A DNA stretch of 40,000 nucleotides from an uncultured Burkholderiales bacterium (GTDB lineage: Bacteria; Pseudomonadota; Gammaproteobacteria; Burkholderiales; Burkholderiaceae_C): assembly GCA_903933115.1 (NCBI GenBank), contig CAIZIT010000016.1, positions 7,100 to 47,099 on the forward strand. The letters are read 5' to 3'. Under the pieces are notes generated by a model, which did no database searches, was not told the DNA's origin, and was given only the letters and a program-made list of their open reading frames with translations. The first letter of the stretch is position 1, and each line of letters begins with the position of its first letter. This document shows, piece after piece, positions 28,515 through 36,725 of the stretch. Made by a program: the position numbers and the translations under genes.

Positions 28515-29222
28515 GTGAACGCGCAACACCCTCCCCTCACGACACCAGAGCAAGAACGCTTGGTCAGACAATCGGCACGAGCTCTTGCTAGAGCGGGACT
28601 CGTGACGGCTTTTGGACACTGCAGTCTTCGTCTTTCTGAAGATCATATGTTGGTCTGTGCCCCTAAACCCATGGGTCATCTTCAACCGCATCACAAGGGT
28701 GATGTCGTTCATATTCACCACCCCCTGCCCTCTCATGTTCTTGGTGAAGTTCGAATGCATCAAGCCATTTATAAAAATAGGCCTGATGCCAAGGGCATTT
28801 GCAGAGTCTTCCCTCCTCATGTACTGAGTCTTGCGGCCATGGGTTTATCGCCCAAGGCTCGGCACGGATTTGGTTCTTACTTTTACCCTGAAGTGCCCAT
28901 GTGGAGAGATCCTGCACTGATCAGGAATGAGGATTCGGCCTTGGGTGTTGCACAAACTTTGGGACAAGCGAATGCAGTGGTCGTGAGCGTGAATGGGGCC
29001 GTAACTGTTGCAGATTCCCTTGAAAAAGCCACAGTTTTGGCTTGGTTCTTAGAGGATGCAGCCAGAGTGGAGATGGCTTGTTTGGCCAGTGGGCGAGAAA
29101 ACGCCGTGACCTTCAACTCCACAGAGCAAGCTCAAAATCGAGCCACTTGGTTGGGTGGCATTGCCGAGCGAAAATGGCAATTTCTGACCCATGGAGATAT
29201 CGAAACCCTTTTTGAGCCTTGA
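28515..29222 (+). CDS. Class II aldolase/adducin-domain protein
   Basis: GTG start 9 nt after the VOC stop. ARAGLVTAFGHCSLRL resembles the GN(I/V)S.R segment. The His cluster VVHIHHPLPSH sits at the expected metal site. Size is 235 aa. Assignment is by pattern only. Confidence 0.55.
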   Translation: MNAQHPPLTTPEQERLVRQSARALARAGLVTAFGHCSLRLSEDHMLVCAPKPMGHLQPHHKGDVVHIHHPLPSHVLGEVRMHQAIYKNRPDAKGICRVFPPHVLSLAAMGLSPKARHGFGSYFYPEVPMWRDPALIRNEDSALGVAQTLGQANAVVVSVNGAVTVADSLEKATVLAWFLEDAARVEMACLASGRENAVTFNSTEQAQNRATWLGGIAERKWQFLTHGDIETLFEP

Positions 29223-29300
29223 ATCAAAAAGTCCCTTACAAAGGCCAACTCCATCTGATAACATTGAAGTTACTCGATTTGAACTTCAATTTTTAAAAAA

Positions 29301-29747
29301 ATGACAATACTGATCCTCCATGGTGTCAATCTCAATATGTTTGGAAAAAGAGACCCCAAACATTATGGAACTGAAACACTCAACGACATCGACCATCAAC
29401 TGAATCAATTGGCTCTTGAGTTGGGGGTTGAAGTGGAGTCATTTCAAACCAATCATGAGGGTCAAATGTGCGAGCGAATTCATGCAGCACATACGGATGC
29501 CACCCAAGCCATCGTGATCAATGCCGGTGCTTGGACGCACTACAGTTACGCCATCAGAGACGCGCTCGCCATATTGACCATTCCCATCATTGAAGTTCAC
29601 ATGTCCAATGTTCACGCAAGGGAGGAGTTCAGACATCACTCGGTCTTTTCTCCGATTGTGAAAGGACAAATATGTGGATTCGGAGTGGAGAGTTACCTTC
29701 TAGGTCTCAGAGCGGCAGCAAGTGCAATACAAATCTCGAAAACATAG
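29301..29747 (+). CDS. aroQ: Type II 3-dehydroquinate dehydratase
   Basis: ILILHGVNLNMFGKRDPKHYG...FQTNHEG...VINAGAWTHYSYAIRDAL...IIEVHMSNVHAREEFRHHS...GFG. All hallmark segments are present. It is somewhat divergent (HGVNLN for NGPNLN, NAGAW for NPGAY). Confidence 0.9.
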   Translation: MTILILHGVNLNMFGKRDPKHYGTETLNDIDHQLNQLALELGVEVESFQTNHEGQMCERIHAAHTDATQAIVINAGAWTHYSYAIRDALAILTIPIIEVHMSNVHAREEFRHHSVFSPIVKGQICGFGVESYLLGLRAAASAIQISKT

Positions 29748-29770
29748 TATTTTTTATTGATCCGCCAAGT

Positions 29771-29807
29771 CTGATGGCATATATGTTGCCAGCAGTTGTT
29801 TTTTTTT
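29771..29807 (+). terminator. Rho-independent terminator after aroQ
   Basis: CTGATGGCA (29771-29779) pairs with TGCCAGCAG (29787-29795), 9 bp with one mismatch and a 7-nt loop. It is followed by TTGTTTTTTTTT. Confidence 0.8.
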
Positions 29808-29821
29808 GTATGATCAAACCA

Positions 29822-30022
29822 TTGGTGCTCGATCAATGCTTCATATTGATCAGTTAAACGGGAAGATGCAGAAATCTTGAAAGCATTCAAGATTTTAAGC
29901 AACGCTGCCCCCGCAACGGTAACACGGACGAGTTCAATACTCATTTTTATTCTTAACCACTGAATGCTTTAGGCGTTTGGGAAGGTGATAAAAACAAGTC
30001 CGTAAGCCCGGATACCGGCCAA
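29822..30022 (+). ncRNA. Cobalamin (B12) riboswitch in the leader of the BtuB-like receptor gene
   Basis: Conserved blocks appear in the expected order: GGTGCTC (29824), TTAAACGGGAAG (29854-29865), GCTGCCCCCGCAACGGTAA (29904-29922), CCACTG (29957-29962), TGGGAAGG (29978-29985), and the B12 box AAGCCCGGATACCGGCC (30004-30020). Compare the E. coli btuB leader AAGCCCGAAGACCUGCC. Internal hairpins are GATCAAT/ATTGATC and AAATCTTGAA/TTCAAGATTT. Confidence 0.8.
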
Positions 30023-30103
30023 AAAAGCACAATGCAAAATTTGTATTGTTTACCATGTTCTTTCGGGGATGATTGAACTGGGGTTTTCTTTGGGTATTTC
30101 ACA

Positions 30104-31963
30104 ATGAACAACATGCCATGCCTTGGCTGCGGATCACTTCGCAAGCTTTGCTCTGCGCCACTCCTTTTCAACGCACTATTCATCTTCATTTCATCCATCC
30201 CTTTGCACATAGCACACGCGCAAAGTACAGTCCCAGAGATGGTTGTCACCGCATCTCGAACGGATCAACGAATAGAAGATGCTTTGAATTCAACGACCCT
30301 CATCAAACGAGAGGACATTGAGAGGAGTTTGGCACTGGATTTACCGTCACTTTTAAGAACCGTTCCAGGTACTGAGATCTCACAAGCTGGTGGACAAGGA
30401 ACAGTTGCCAGTGTATTTTTACGTGGTGCTGAATCTCGACATACATTGGTTTTGATTGACGGCGTACCCATCAACAATTTAAATTTTGGAACAGCTCCCA
30501 TTGAGAATTTATCACTCGCCAATATTGATCATATTGAAATCGTTAGGGGCAATGTTTCAAGTCTATACGGCAGCAATGCACTGGGTGGCGTTATTCAAAT
30601 TTTCACCAAAGAAGGAACAGGAAAGAGCTTCTCGGATGTGAGCTACCAATTGCGAAGTCAAAACATGAGTAATTTACAAGCGGGAACTTCATTTGCCATC
30701 GCTGACGATACTCAAATTTCACTTCAAGCTCAAAGCTTAAGAGATGCGGGATTTAATGCAACCAATCAAAATGAATTCCCTTCCTCAAATCCAGACCAAG
30801 ATGCTTACAGCAAACGGCACTTTTCTTCAGGAATTACAAAGAAAATAGACAAAGGACAACTCCATTTTGCGTTTTCTGACACACATGCTACAACTGAATA
30901 TGACAGTCAATACGGCCCATCAAGTCAACGTGATGTATCAGAAAACACCCTGCGTCAAACCAGTTTGAGCGGCCAATTCGCACTCCTTCAAAATCTTCGG
31001 TTAGATACTTTACTGAGTCAAAACACCAACAAGCTCAATGCCAATGTGACTGCTTATCCATATTACGTCAATTCGAACACTGATCAAGGAAATATCGGTC
31101 TCGAATGGTCAATGGGAAAAGATCAAAAGGTAACGACTGGATTGGAAAGCACCAAGCAAACTTTACTCAGTGATACTCAATACAAAAACAGTTCAAGAAC
31201 CAATCACGCATACAGGCTTGGCTACTTGTTGAATGCTGAACAGCACCAAGTCCAAATCAACGTTAGAGAGGATAATTACACGGACTTTGGAACGGCTCAA
31301 ACCGGCTTGATTGCCTACGGTTTCAAACCCAATGAACTGTTGCGACTCCATGTCAACACTTCAAATGGTTTTATGGCACCAACCTTCAATGATTTGTTTT
31401 ATCCCTATGGGGGGAATCCCAACTTAAGGGCTGAAAAATTAAATTCCAATGAATTTGGCTTTTCGCTTAAAAATGGTTCTCATTCCTTACAAGTCACACA
31501 CTTTAGCAATCGCTACAAGGACTTGATTGATAATGATTCCAATTATGTACGTACAAATATTGCAAGTGCACAAAATATTGGAATCGAGTCGCTCTACTCA
31601 GGTAAGTTATTGGGCAAAGAAATCAATGCAAGCTACACGCAACAAGATCCAATCAATCTCAATACCCACCAACAACTCTTGAGACGAGCAAAGTACCTCT
31701 TCTCGGCCAGTATTTTTGAAAAAGTTAATACTTTCACAATTGGTGCTGAGGTCAAATACTCAAGCTCAAGACTCGATAGCGCCAATCACATCCTTGACGA
31801 ATACGCTTTGTTGAACTTATCAGTGGCGAAGAAAATAGATGCACAGTGGACATCTAGCCTAAAATTAAATAACGTATTTGACAAAAAATATGAAACCCTC
31901 TACGGGTACAACACATTGGGTAGGTCTTTGATGTTTGAAATGAAATGGCAAGACATACACTGA
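30104..31963 (+). CDS. btuB: TonB-dependent receptor, BtuB-like (cobalamin/corrinoid uptake)
   Basis: 619 aa. TonB-box region PEMVVTASR. Plug motif LLRTVPGTEISQAGGQGTVASVFLRGAESRHTLVLIDGVPINN...IEIVRGNVSSLYGSNALGGVIQIFTK. A cobalamin riboswitch lies directly upstream. Confidence 0.8.
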   Translation: MNNMPCLGCGSLRKLCSAPLLFNALFIFISSIPLHIAHAQSTVPEMVVTASRTDQRIEDALNSTTLIKREDIERSLALDLPSLLRTVPGTEISQAGGQGTVASVFLRGAESRHTLVLIDGVPINNLNFGTAPIENLSLANIDHIEIVRGNVSSLYGSNALGGVIQIFTKEGTGKSFSDVSYQLRSQNMSNLQAGTSFAIADDTQISLQAQSLRDAGFNATNQNEFPSSNPDQDAYSKRHFSSGITKKIDKGQLHFAFSDTHATTEYDSQYGPSSQRDVSENTLRQTSLSGQFALLQNLRLDTLLSQNTNKLNANVTAYPYYVNSNTDQGNIGLEWSMGKDQKVTTGLESTKQTLLSDTQYKNSSRTNHAYRLGYLLNAEQHQVQINVREDNYTDFGTAQTGLIAYGFKPNELLRLHVNTSNGFMAPTFNDLFYPYGGNPNLRAEKLNSNEFGFSLKNGSHSLQVTHFSNRYKDLIDNDSNYVRTNIASAQNIGIESLYSGKLLGKEINASYTQQDPINLNTHQQLLRRAKYLFSASIFEKVNTFTIGAEVKYSSSRLDSANHILDEYALLNLSVAKKIDAQWTSSLKLNNVFDKKYETLYGYNTLGRSLMFEMKWQDIH

Positions 31964-31979
31964 TCGCAACAAAAGAAAA

Positions 31980-32019
31980 ACCCATCTCTAAGCTTAAATT
32001 TATACAAGTAGAGATGGGT
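31980..32019 (-). terminator. Terminator hairpin between convergent genes (btuB-like + / Amidohydro_2 -)
   Basis: ACCCATCTCTA (31980-31990) pairs with TAGAGATGGGT (32009-32019), an 11-bp perfect stem with an 18-nt loop. On the minus strand it is followed by TTTTTCTTTTGTT. No T-run follows on the plus strand. Confidence 0.7.
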
Positions 32020-32048
32020 GTATGACGAATTAGACGATTCAGGCCCTC

Positions 32049-33170
32049 TTATTTTTTCAATAAATTGCTGGCATTTTGAAAGCGAATTTGCTCGAGGACT
32101 GCCTTTTCTAAACCCAATTGATTGAGTGCTTGTGCTTGTGTATCCATCGGCACATAAGGATAGTCACTTCCATAAAGCACTTGACTCGAGGGGACCAATT
32201 TCAACAAACTGGCCATTGGCGCAGGATGGGTTGCATTGGCGGTGTCGTAGTAAAGCTTTCGCAACTCAGCCTCAATGCCGTTGGGTGCAATTTCATTGAT
32301 GTTTTTTTGTAAGCCGTGGAAAAAATTGATCCGGCCTGCCAACATAGGAATAGTTCCACCTCCGTGTGAGAAGATCCACTTGATGTCTCTAAATTTGGCA
32401 AAAGCACCGCTCAACAATAAATTCACCACGGCTCTGGTTGTGTCATGAGGAACTTCGATCACGGCTGGATATGTGCCCGTATTGAGCCTGCCGCAACAAG
32501 CAGCCACCAAGGGATGAAAGTACACAACGGCTTTTCTTCGGTTCAGTTCTTCAAATATGGGCAGAAAGTCAGGATGGCCTGGCCACTTGTCACCATAGTT
32601 GGTTTGAATTCCAACTCCATCAGCCCCTAGTACATCAAAAGCGTATTCAATTTCCTTCAAAGTACTCGGTACATCAATCATGGTCAATGCGGCAAATAAG
32701 CCAAATCGACCTGGATAGTCTTTGACCAATTTTGAACCGTAATCGTTGACCAAACGAACCATCTTATTCACTTCTGGCACGGGCAAATCAAACCAAGTCC
32801 CGGGTGTAGAGGCCAAAGAAAGGATAGCTTTTGTAACTCCAGCCTTGTCCATAGCTGCCATGGCATTTTGTAAGGTCCAGTTTTCTTGTTGAACGAAATG
32901 TGGAATTTTTCTTTGATTTTCCCAATCAATCCAAGCCTTATGGTATTCAGGCGGATAAAAGTGGTGGTGCGTGTCAATGAGTGGACTGGACGCTTGTGCA
33001 TGTGCAATCAAAGAGGTTATGGATGTACCCAAGACACCAAGTCCCCCAACCGTCTTCATGAAGGAGCGCTTGTCATGATCAGTTGAAAGATCACTTTCTA
33101 AATTACAAGCGCAAGATAAATTTGAAGAGTTGGAATGCTGACAGCCAGCAGACAAAAGTCGTTGAAACAT
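32049..33170 (-). CDS. Amidohydro_2-family metal-dependent hydrolase/decarboxylase with an N-terminal export signal
   Basis: Mature part begins SSPLIDTHHHFYPPEY (HxH metal motif), followed by a TIM-barrel-length body. It is preceded by DHDKRSFMKTVGGLGVLGTSITSLIAHAQA, a Tat-like signal with KR in place of RR. Alternative start ATG 33059 (MKTVGG) would give a Sec-type signal. Confidence 0.75.
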   Translation of the reverse strand: MFQRLLSAGCQHSNSSNLSCACNLESDLSTDHDKRSFMKTVGGLGVLGTSITSLIAHAQASSPLIDTHHHFYPPEYHKAWIDWENQRKIPHFVQQENWTLQNAMAAMDKAGVTKAILSLASTPGTWFDLPVPEVNKMVRLVNDYGSKLVKDYPGRFGLFAALTMIDVPSTLKEIEYAFDVLGADGVGIQTNYGDKWPGHPDFLPIFEELNRRKAVVYFHPLVAACCGRLNTGTYPAVIEVPHDTTRAVVNLLLSGAFAKFRDIKWIFSHGGGTIPMLAGRINFFHGLQKNINEIAPNGIEAELRKLYYDTANATHPAPMASLLKLVPSSQVLYGSDYPYVPMDTQAQALNQLGLEKAVLEQIRFQNASNLLKK

Positions 33171-33294
33171 TAAAAAACTCCTAGGTTAGAATTTTTTCAA
33201 TGTAACACTTTAGGGTATGGCTCTAGGGGCGGTAATTACCCTCATCACAGAGTTAACCCTTAACCCCAAAAATTCAGAGCCAAAGGGAGATAGA

Positions 33295-34299
33295 TTATTC
33301 GGCCTTGATACCCGCTTTTTTAACAATCCCGCCCCATTTTTCACTTTCAGCTTTGATGTACTTTGAGGCTTCATCAGCAGATGTTGGAAAAGGATTTAGC
33401 CCCGATTTCTTCAACTGGGCTGAGACCCCTGGATCTTTTAATGTGGCCACAATCGTTTGATTGAGTTTGCTGATGATTTCAGATGGCGTTTTAAGTGGCG
33501 CTGTAAAAGCGTACCAATTGACCGCCTCAAAACCTGAATAACCCAATTCAGCTATGGTTGGTGTTTGAGGTAATACATCCAATCTTTTGGAGCCCGTCAC
33601 AGCCAATGCCCTTAATTTGCCGGATTGAATGAACTGTACGGCGTCAGTTGGACTGGAAAAAATAGATGGCAAAACACCGGCCAAAAGATCATTCATGGCA
33701 GGAGCACCTCCACGATAAGCCACATGTTGGTTGTTGAGTCCAGCTGTTAATTTAAAAAACTCACCGGCCAAATGCCCTGCACTTCCAATTCCAGATGAAC
33801 CAAATGAAAGCTTTGAATTCTCAGCTTTTCCTAACCGAACATAATCCTCTATCGATTTAATATCGCTACGAGCATTGACCACCAGTACGTTGGAGAAAAC
33901 GATCGCCATAGATAGGGCTTGCATATCTGAAGCGGGATCGTAAGCCAGTTTATTGATATGCTGGTTAACAGCCAAAGAACCTATTGTTCCCAACATGATG
34001 GTGTAGCCATCTGGAAGTGAACGAATGGTTTGTTCTGAGGCAATATTTCCTCCAGCTCCAGGGTGATTTTCAATCACAACGCTTTGCTTCAACAATTCAG
34101 ACATCTTTGGAGCCATTGCTCGAGCGACAGTATCAGCACTACCCCCAGGAGCAAATCCAACCATTATTTTGATGGGATGACTGGGATAAAGATCGGCACC
34201 TAAGGCCACAATGCACGTCAAGAGCGAAAGCAACTGAACACAAAGGTTTTTAGTTGGAGGAACTAAAGATATCCAATTTCTAGCAATGGTTTGGGACAT
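33295..34299 (-). CDS. Bug/TctC-family substrate-binding protein
   Basis: YPSHPIKIMVGFAPGGSADTVARA...ENHPGAGGNIA...LPDGYTIML...SFGSSGIGSAGHL...HVAYRGGAPA. Start moved to ATG 34299 (MSQTIARN...) from the ORF-track 34386. Confidence 0.88.
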   Translation of the reverse strand: MSQTIARNWISLVPPTKNLCVQLLSLLTCIVALGADLYPSHPIKIMVGFAPGGSADTVARAMAPKMSELLKQSVVIENHPGAGGNIASEQTIRSLPDGYTIMLGTIGSLAVNQHINKLAYDPASDMQALSMAIVFSNVLVVNARSDIKSIEDYVRLGKAENSKLSFGSSGIGSAGHLAGEFFKLTAGLNNQHVAYRGGAPAMNDLLAGVLPSIFSSPTDAVQFIQSGKLRALAVTGSKRLDVLPQTPTIAELGYSGFEAVNWYAFTAPLKTPSEIISKLNQTIVATLKDPGVSAQLKKSGLNPFPTSADEASKYIKAESEKWGGIVKKAGIKAE

Positions 34300-34467
34300 A
34301 ACAGTGATCTGAGTTTTTAATGATTTCAAAAGTAATACGACATTGTATATTTTATAATCTGATTGTGAAAAGACCTTTATCTTCATTCACTGAATTCAAA
34401 GCACCTGCAATACCAAAGAAGTTGATAAGGTATTTTGATCACATGCACGCCCTAACCTTCACAGGAA

Positions 34468-35493
34468 ATGAGATTGAAAGATTCAATATCTAGACGCAAA
34501 TTTGTTGAGCAAGGTTTTGTAAAAGGACTTATTGCACCATTTTTAGGTCTCATGTCCGTCAAGTCCTTAACGAGTCGAGCTCAGTCGGCATCGAATTACC
34601 CAACAAAACCAATTCGCTTTATTGTCCCCTTTGCAGTAGGCGGCTCGGGTGATTTAATTTCTAGAGTGATTTCCGAGCAACTCACCAAATCAATGGGTCA
34701 AGCATGGGTGATTGAAAATAAGGGAGGTAATGGCTCAGTTCTTGGAACTGAAATTGCCGCTAGAGCCAACCCTGATGGTTATAACGTTGTACTCTCCAAC
34801 GGCGCAGCTATCACAATTGGTCCATTGATGGGGCAACAACTGGGCTATAAACCCATGGAAGACTTGGTGCATGTATGCTTATTGGGAACATTCACCAATG
34901 CGCTCATTGTTAGAGCTGATCACCCAGCGAAAAACTTTACTGATTTTTTGAACTTGGCCAAACAAAATCCTGGGAAAATAAGTTATTCATCTGCTGGAGT
35001 GGGTTCTGCAGGGTACCTCACAGGAGAACTTCTAAAGCACTTGGCAAAAGTTGACATGGTTCATATTCCATACAAAGGAACTGGTCCAGCCATGACAGAT
35101 CTTTTAGGGGGGCAAATCGATGCCATGTTCAACGCCCTGATCGCTGCATCACCTTATATCAAAAGTGGCAAAGTTCGGGCACTTGCTGTCACCTCGCAGC
35201 AAAGAATTTCTGACCACTCGGATATCCCTACCATGAACGAAACGATCCCAGGAGCAATTGGAGATGCATGGTTTGGCATTTCAGTTCCAGCCAAAACTCC
35301 AGCCTCTGTTGTAGAGCGTTTGAGACTTGAAGTCTTCAAAATAATGGATCAACCCGAGACCAAACAAAAACTTCAAGACATGGGACTGAACAGCAATTTA
35401 CTCGGGCCCAAAGAGTTTCTTCAATTCTTGAACAACGAAAACAAAAAGTGGAGCCCCGTTATCAAATCAAGTAATTTAACCAACAACTCATAA
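34468..35493 (+). CDS. Bug/TctC-family substrate-binding protein
   Basis: YPTKPIRFIVPFAVGGSGDLISRV...ENKGGNGS...ANPDGYNVVL...SYSSAGVGSAGYL...HIPYKGTGPA. Confidence 0.9.
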   Translation: MRLKDSISRRKFVEQGFVKGLIAPFLGLMSVKSLTSRAQSASNYPTKPIRFIVPFAVGGSGDLISRVISEQLTKSMGQAWVIENKGGNGSVLGTEIAARANPDGYNVVLSNGAAITIGPLMGQQLGYKPMEDLVHVCLLGTFTNALIVRADHPAKNFTDFLNLAKQNPGKISYSSAGVGSAGYLTGELLKHLAKVDMVHIPYKGTGPAMTDLLGGQIDAMFNALIAASPYIKSGKVRALAVTSQQRISDHSDIPTMNETIPGAIGDAWFGISVPAKTPASVVERLRLEVFKIMDQPETKQKLQDMGLNSNLLGPKEFLQFLNNENKKWSPVIKSSNLTNNS

Positions 35494-35508
35494 CCCTATT
35501 TGTATTCG

Positions 35509-36714
35509 TCAATCAATGCTTAAAGACTCATTCAGACCTGAAATCATGGAAGTTTCTAAAAGATAATCCAAAGCCATTTTTTTATCTGAACTCTTTCTTT
35601 GCAACTCTCGCAAAGTCAAAAGTCGTTTACTCATATCTTTTTCCTGCATTCGAGCACGGTTCTTAGCCGATTGTTCTATGACGTGTTTGATGGCAATCGG
35701 TCGCCTTTGCCTCTCGTATTTGAGCAACAAGTCTAAGTCTGCTCCCGTTAATATACGATTCAATTTATCGGATAAGTTAAATGCATCATGAACACCGCCA
35801 TTCATTCCCATCCCACCACTGGGTGAGTTGATATGAGCGGCATCACCGGCCAAAATAACGCGATTTGAGACGTATTTTTTTACAACGCGCTGGTGAATTT
35901 TATAAGGCCTAATTTCTAAAATGGGATCAGCGCCAAAACTCGGTGCAATACGTTGAATTTTTTTTCTTACAGAATCTATCTCAACAGCTGATTCAATAGA
36001 TTCATCTAAAGCAGGATAAAGACTCACTCTCCAAAGATTCTTCAATCGTAAAAGACTGAACGTGCCATTCGCTGTCCAGCAATAATTGATGTAGGACAAG
36101 TGATGGAGATGATCTTGAAATGGGAAATGTGTGGTTGCGAGAACCGTTGTCTCAGGAAAAGTCTCTCCCTCAAACTCAAGTCCTAATTTTTTGCGAACTA
36201 CACTTCTCGCACCATCACAACCCACGAGAAACTTTGCATTGAAGGACATGGATCCATCCGAAACACTTTGAGCGAAGATTTTCACATGATCTTGATCTTG
36301 CTCAAATGAATCACAAGTCGTACCCCAAAATAAGCGAACGTTCGGGAGGTGCTGATCAATGTAGTCCTTTAAAAAACCACTTAACCGCCATTGTTCGCAC
36401 TGCAATCGATAAGGATGGGATGTGTGATCCTTGAGAATAGACAAGTCAAACTCGGCAAATTCTTGCGTATCGTTCATCCTCACCTGCCAAGTTGGAGCAA
36501 TAAGCCCTGACTCAATAAGTCGGGCAGTGATTCCTTGCTCGTCGAATAAATCCAAGGTGGGAGGATGGAAAGTGGAGGCTCGCAAATCTGTTTCTATGTT
36601 GGCCGCTGACTCAATCAGGCAAACCTGATGACCATGTAGACCAAGACGCATGGCCAGGGTTAAACCAACTGGACCAGCTCCAACAATAAGAACATCACAA
36701 TTCATCATATTCAA
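35509..36714 (-). CDS. FAD-dependent (group A, PHBH-fold) aromatic-ring monooxygenase
   Basis: CDVLIVGAGPVGLTLAMRL (GxGxxG), RASTFHPPTLDLFD, LVGCDGARSVVRK (DG motif), ILAGDAAHINSPSGGMGMNGGVHDAFNL (GD motif). Confidence 0.85.
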   Translation of the reverse strand: MNMMNCDVLIVGAGPVGLTLAMRLGLHGHQVCLIESAANIETDLRASTFHPPTLDLFDEQGITARLIESGLIAPTWQVRMNDTQEFAEFDLSILKDHTSHPYRLQCEQWRLSGFLKDYIDQHLPNVRLFWGTTCDSFEQDQDHVKIFAQSVSDGSMSFNAKFLVGCDGARSVVRKKLGLEFEGETFPETTVLATTHFPFQDHLHHLSYINYCWTANGTFSLLRLKNLWRVSLYPALDESIESAVEIDSVRKKIQRIAPSFGADPILEIRPYKIHQRVVKKYVSNRVILAGDAAHINSPSGGMGMNGGVHDAFNLSDKLNRILTGADLDLLLKYERQRRPIAIKHVIEQSAKNRARMQEKDMSKRLLTLRELQRKSSDKKMALDYLLETSMISGLNESLSID

Positions 36715-36725
36715 GGGTTAATAAT

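Noticed and set aside
29693-30249. Two minus-strand ORFs (29693..29944 and 29953..30249) in the aroQ-btuB spacer.
   Set aside because: They overlap the aroQ terminator and the plus-strand cobalamin riboswitch core motifs. They have no motifs of their own.
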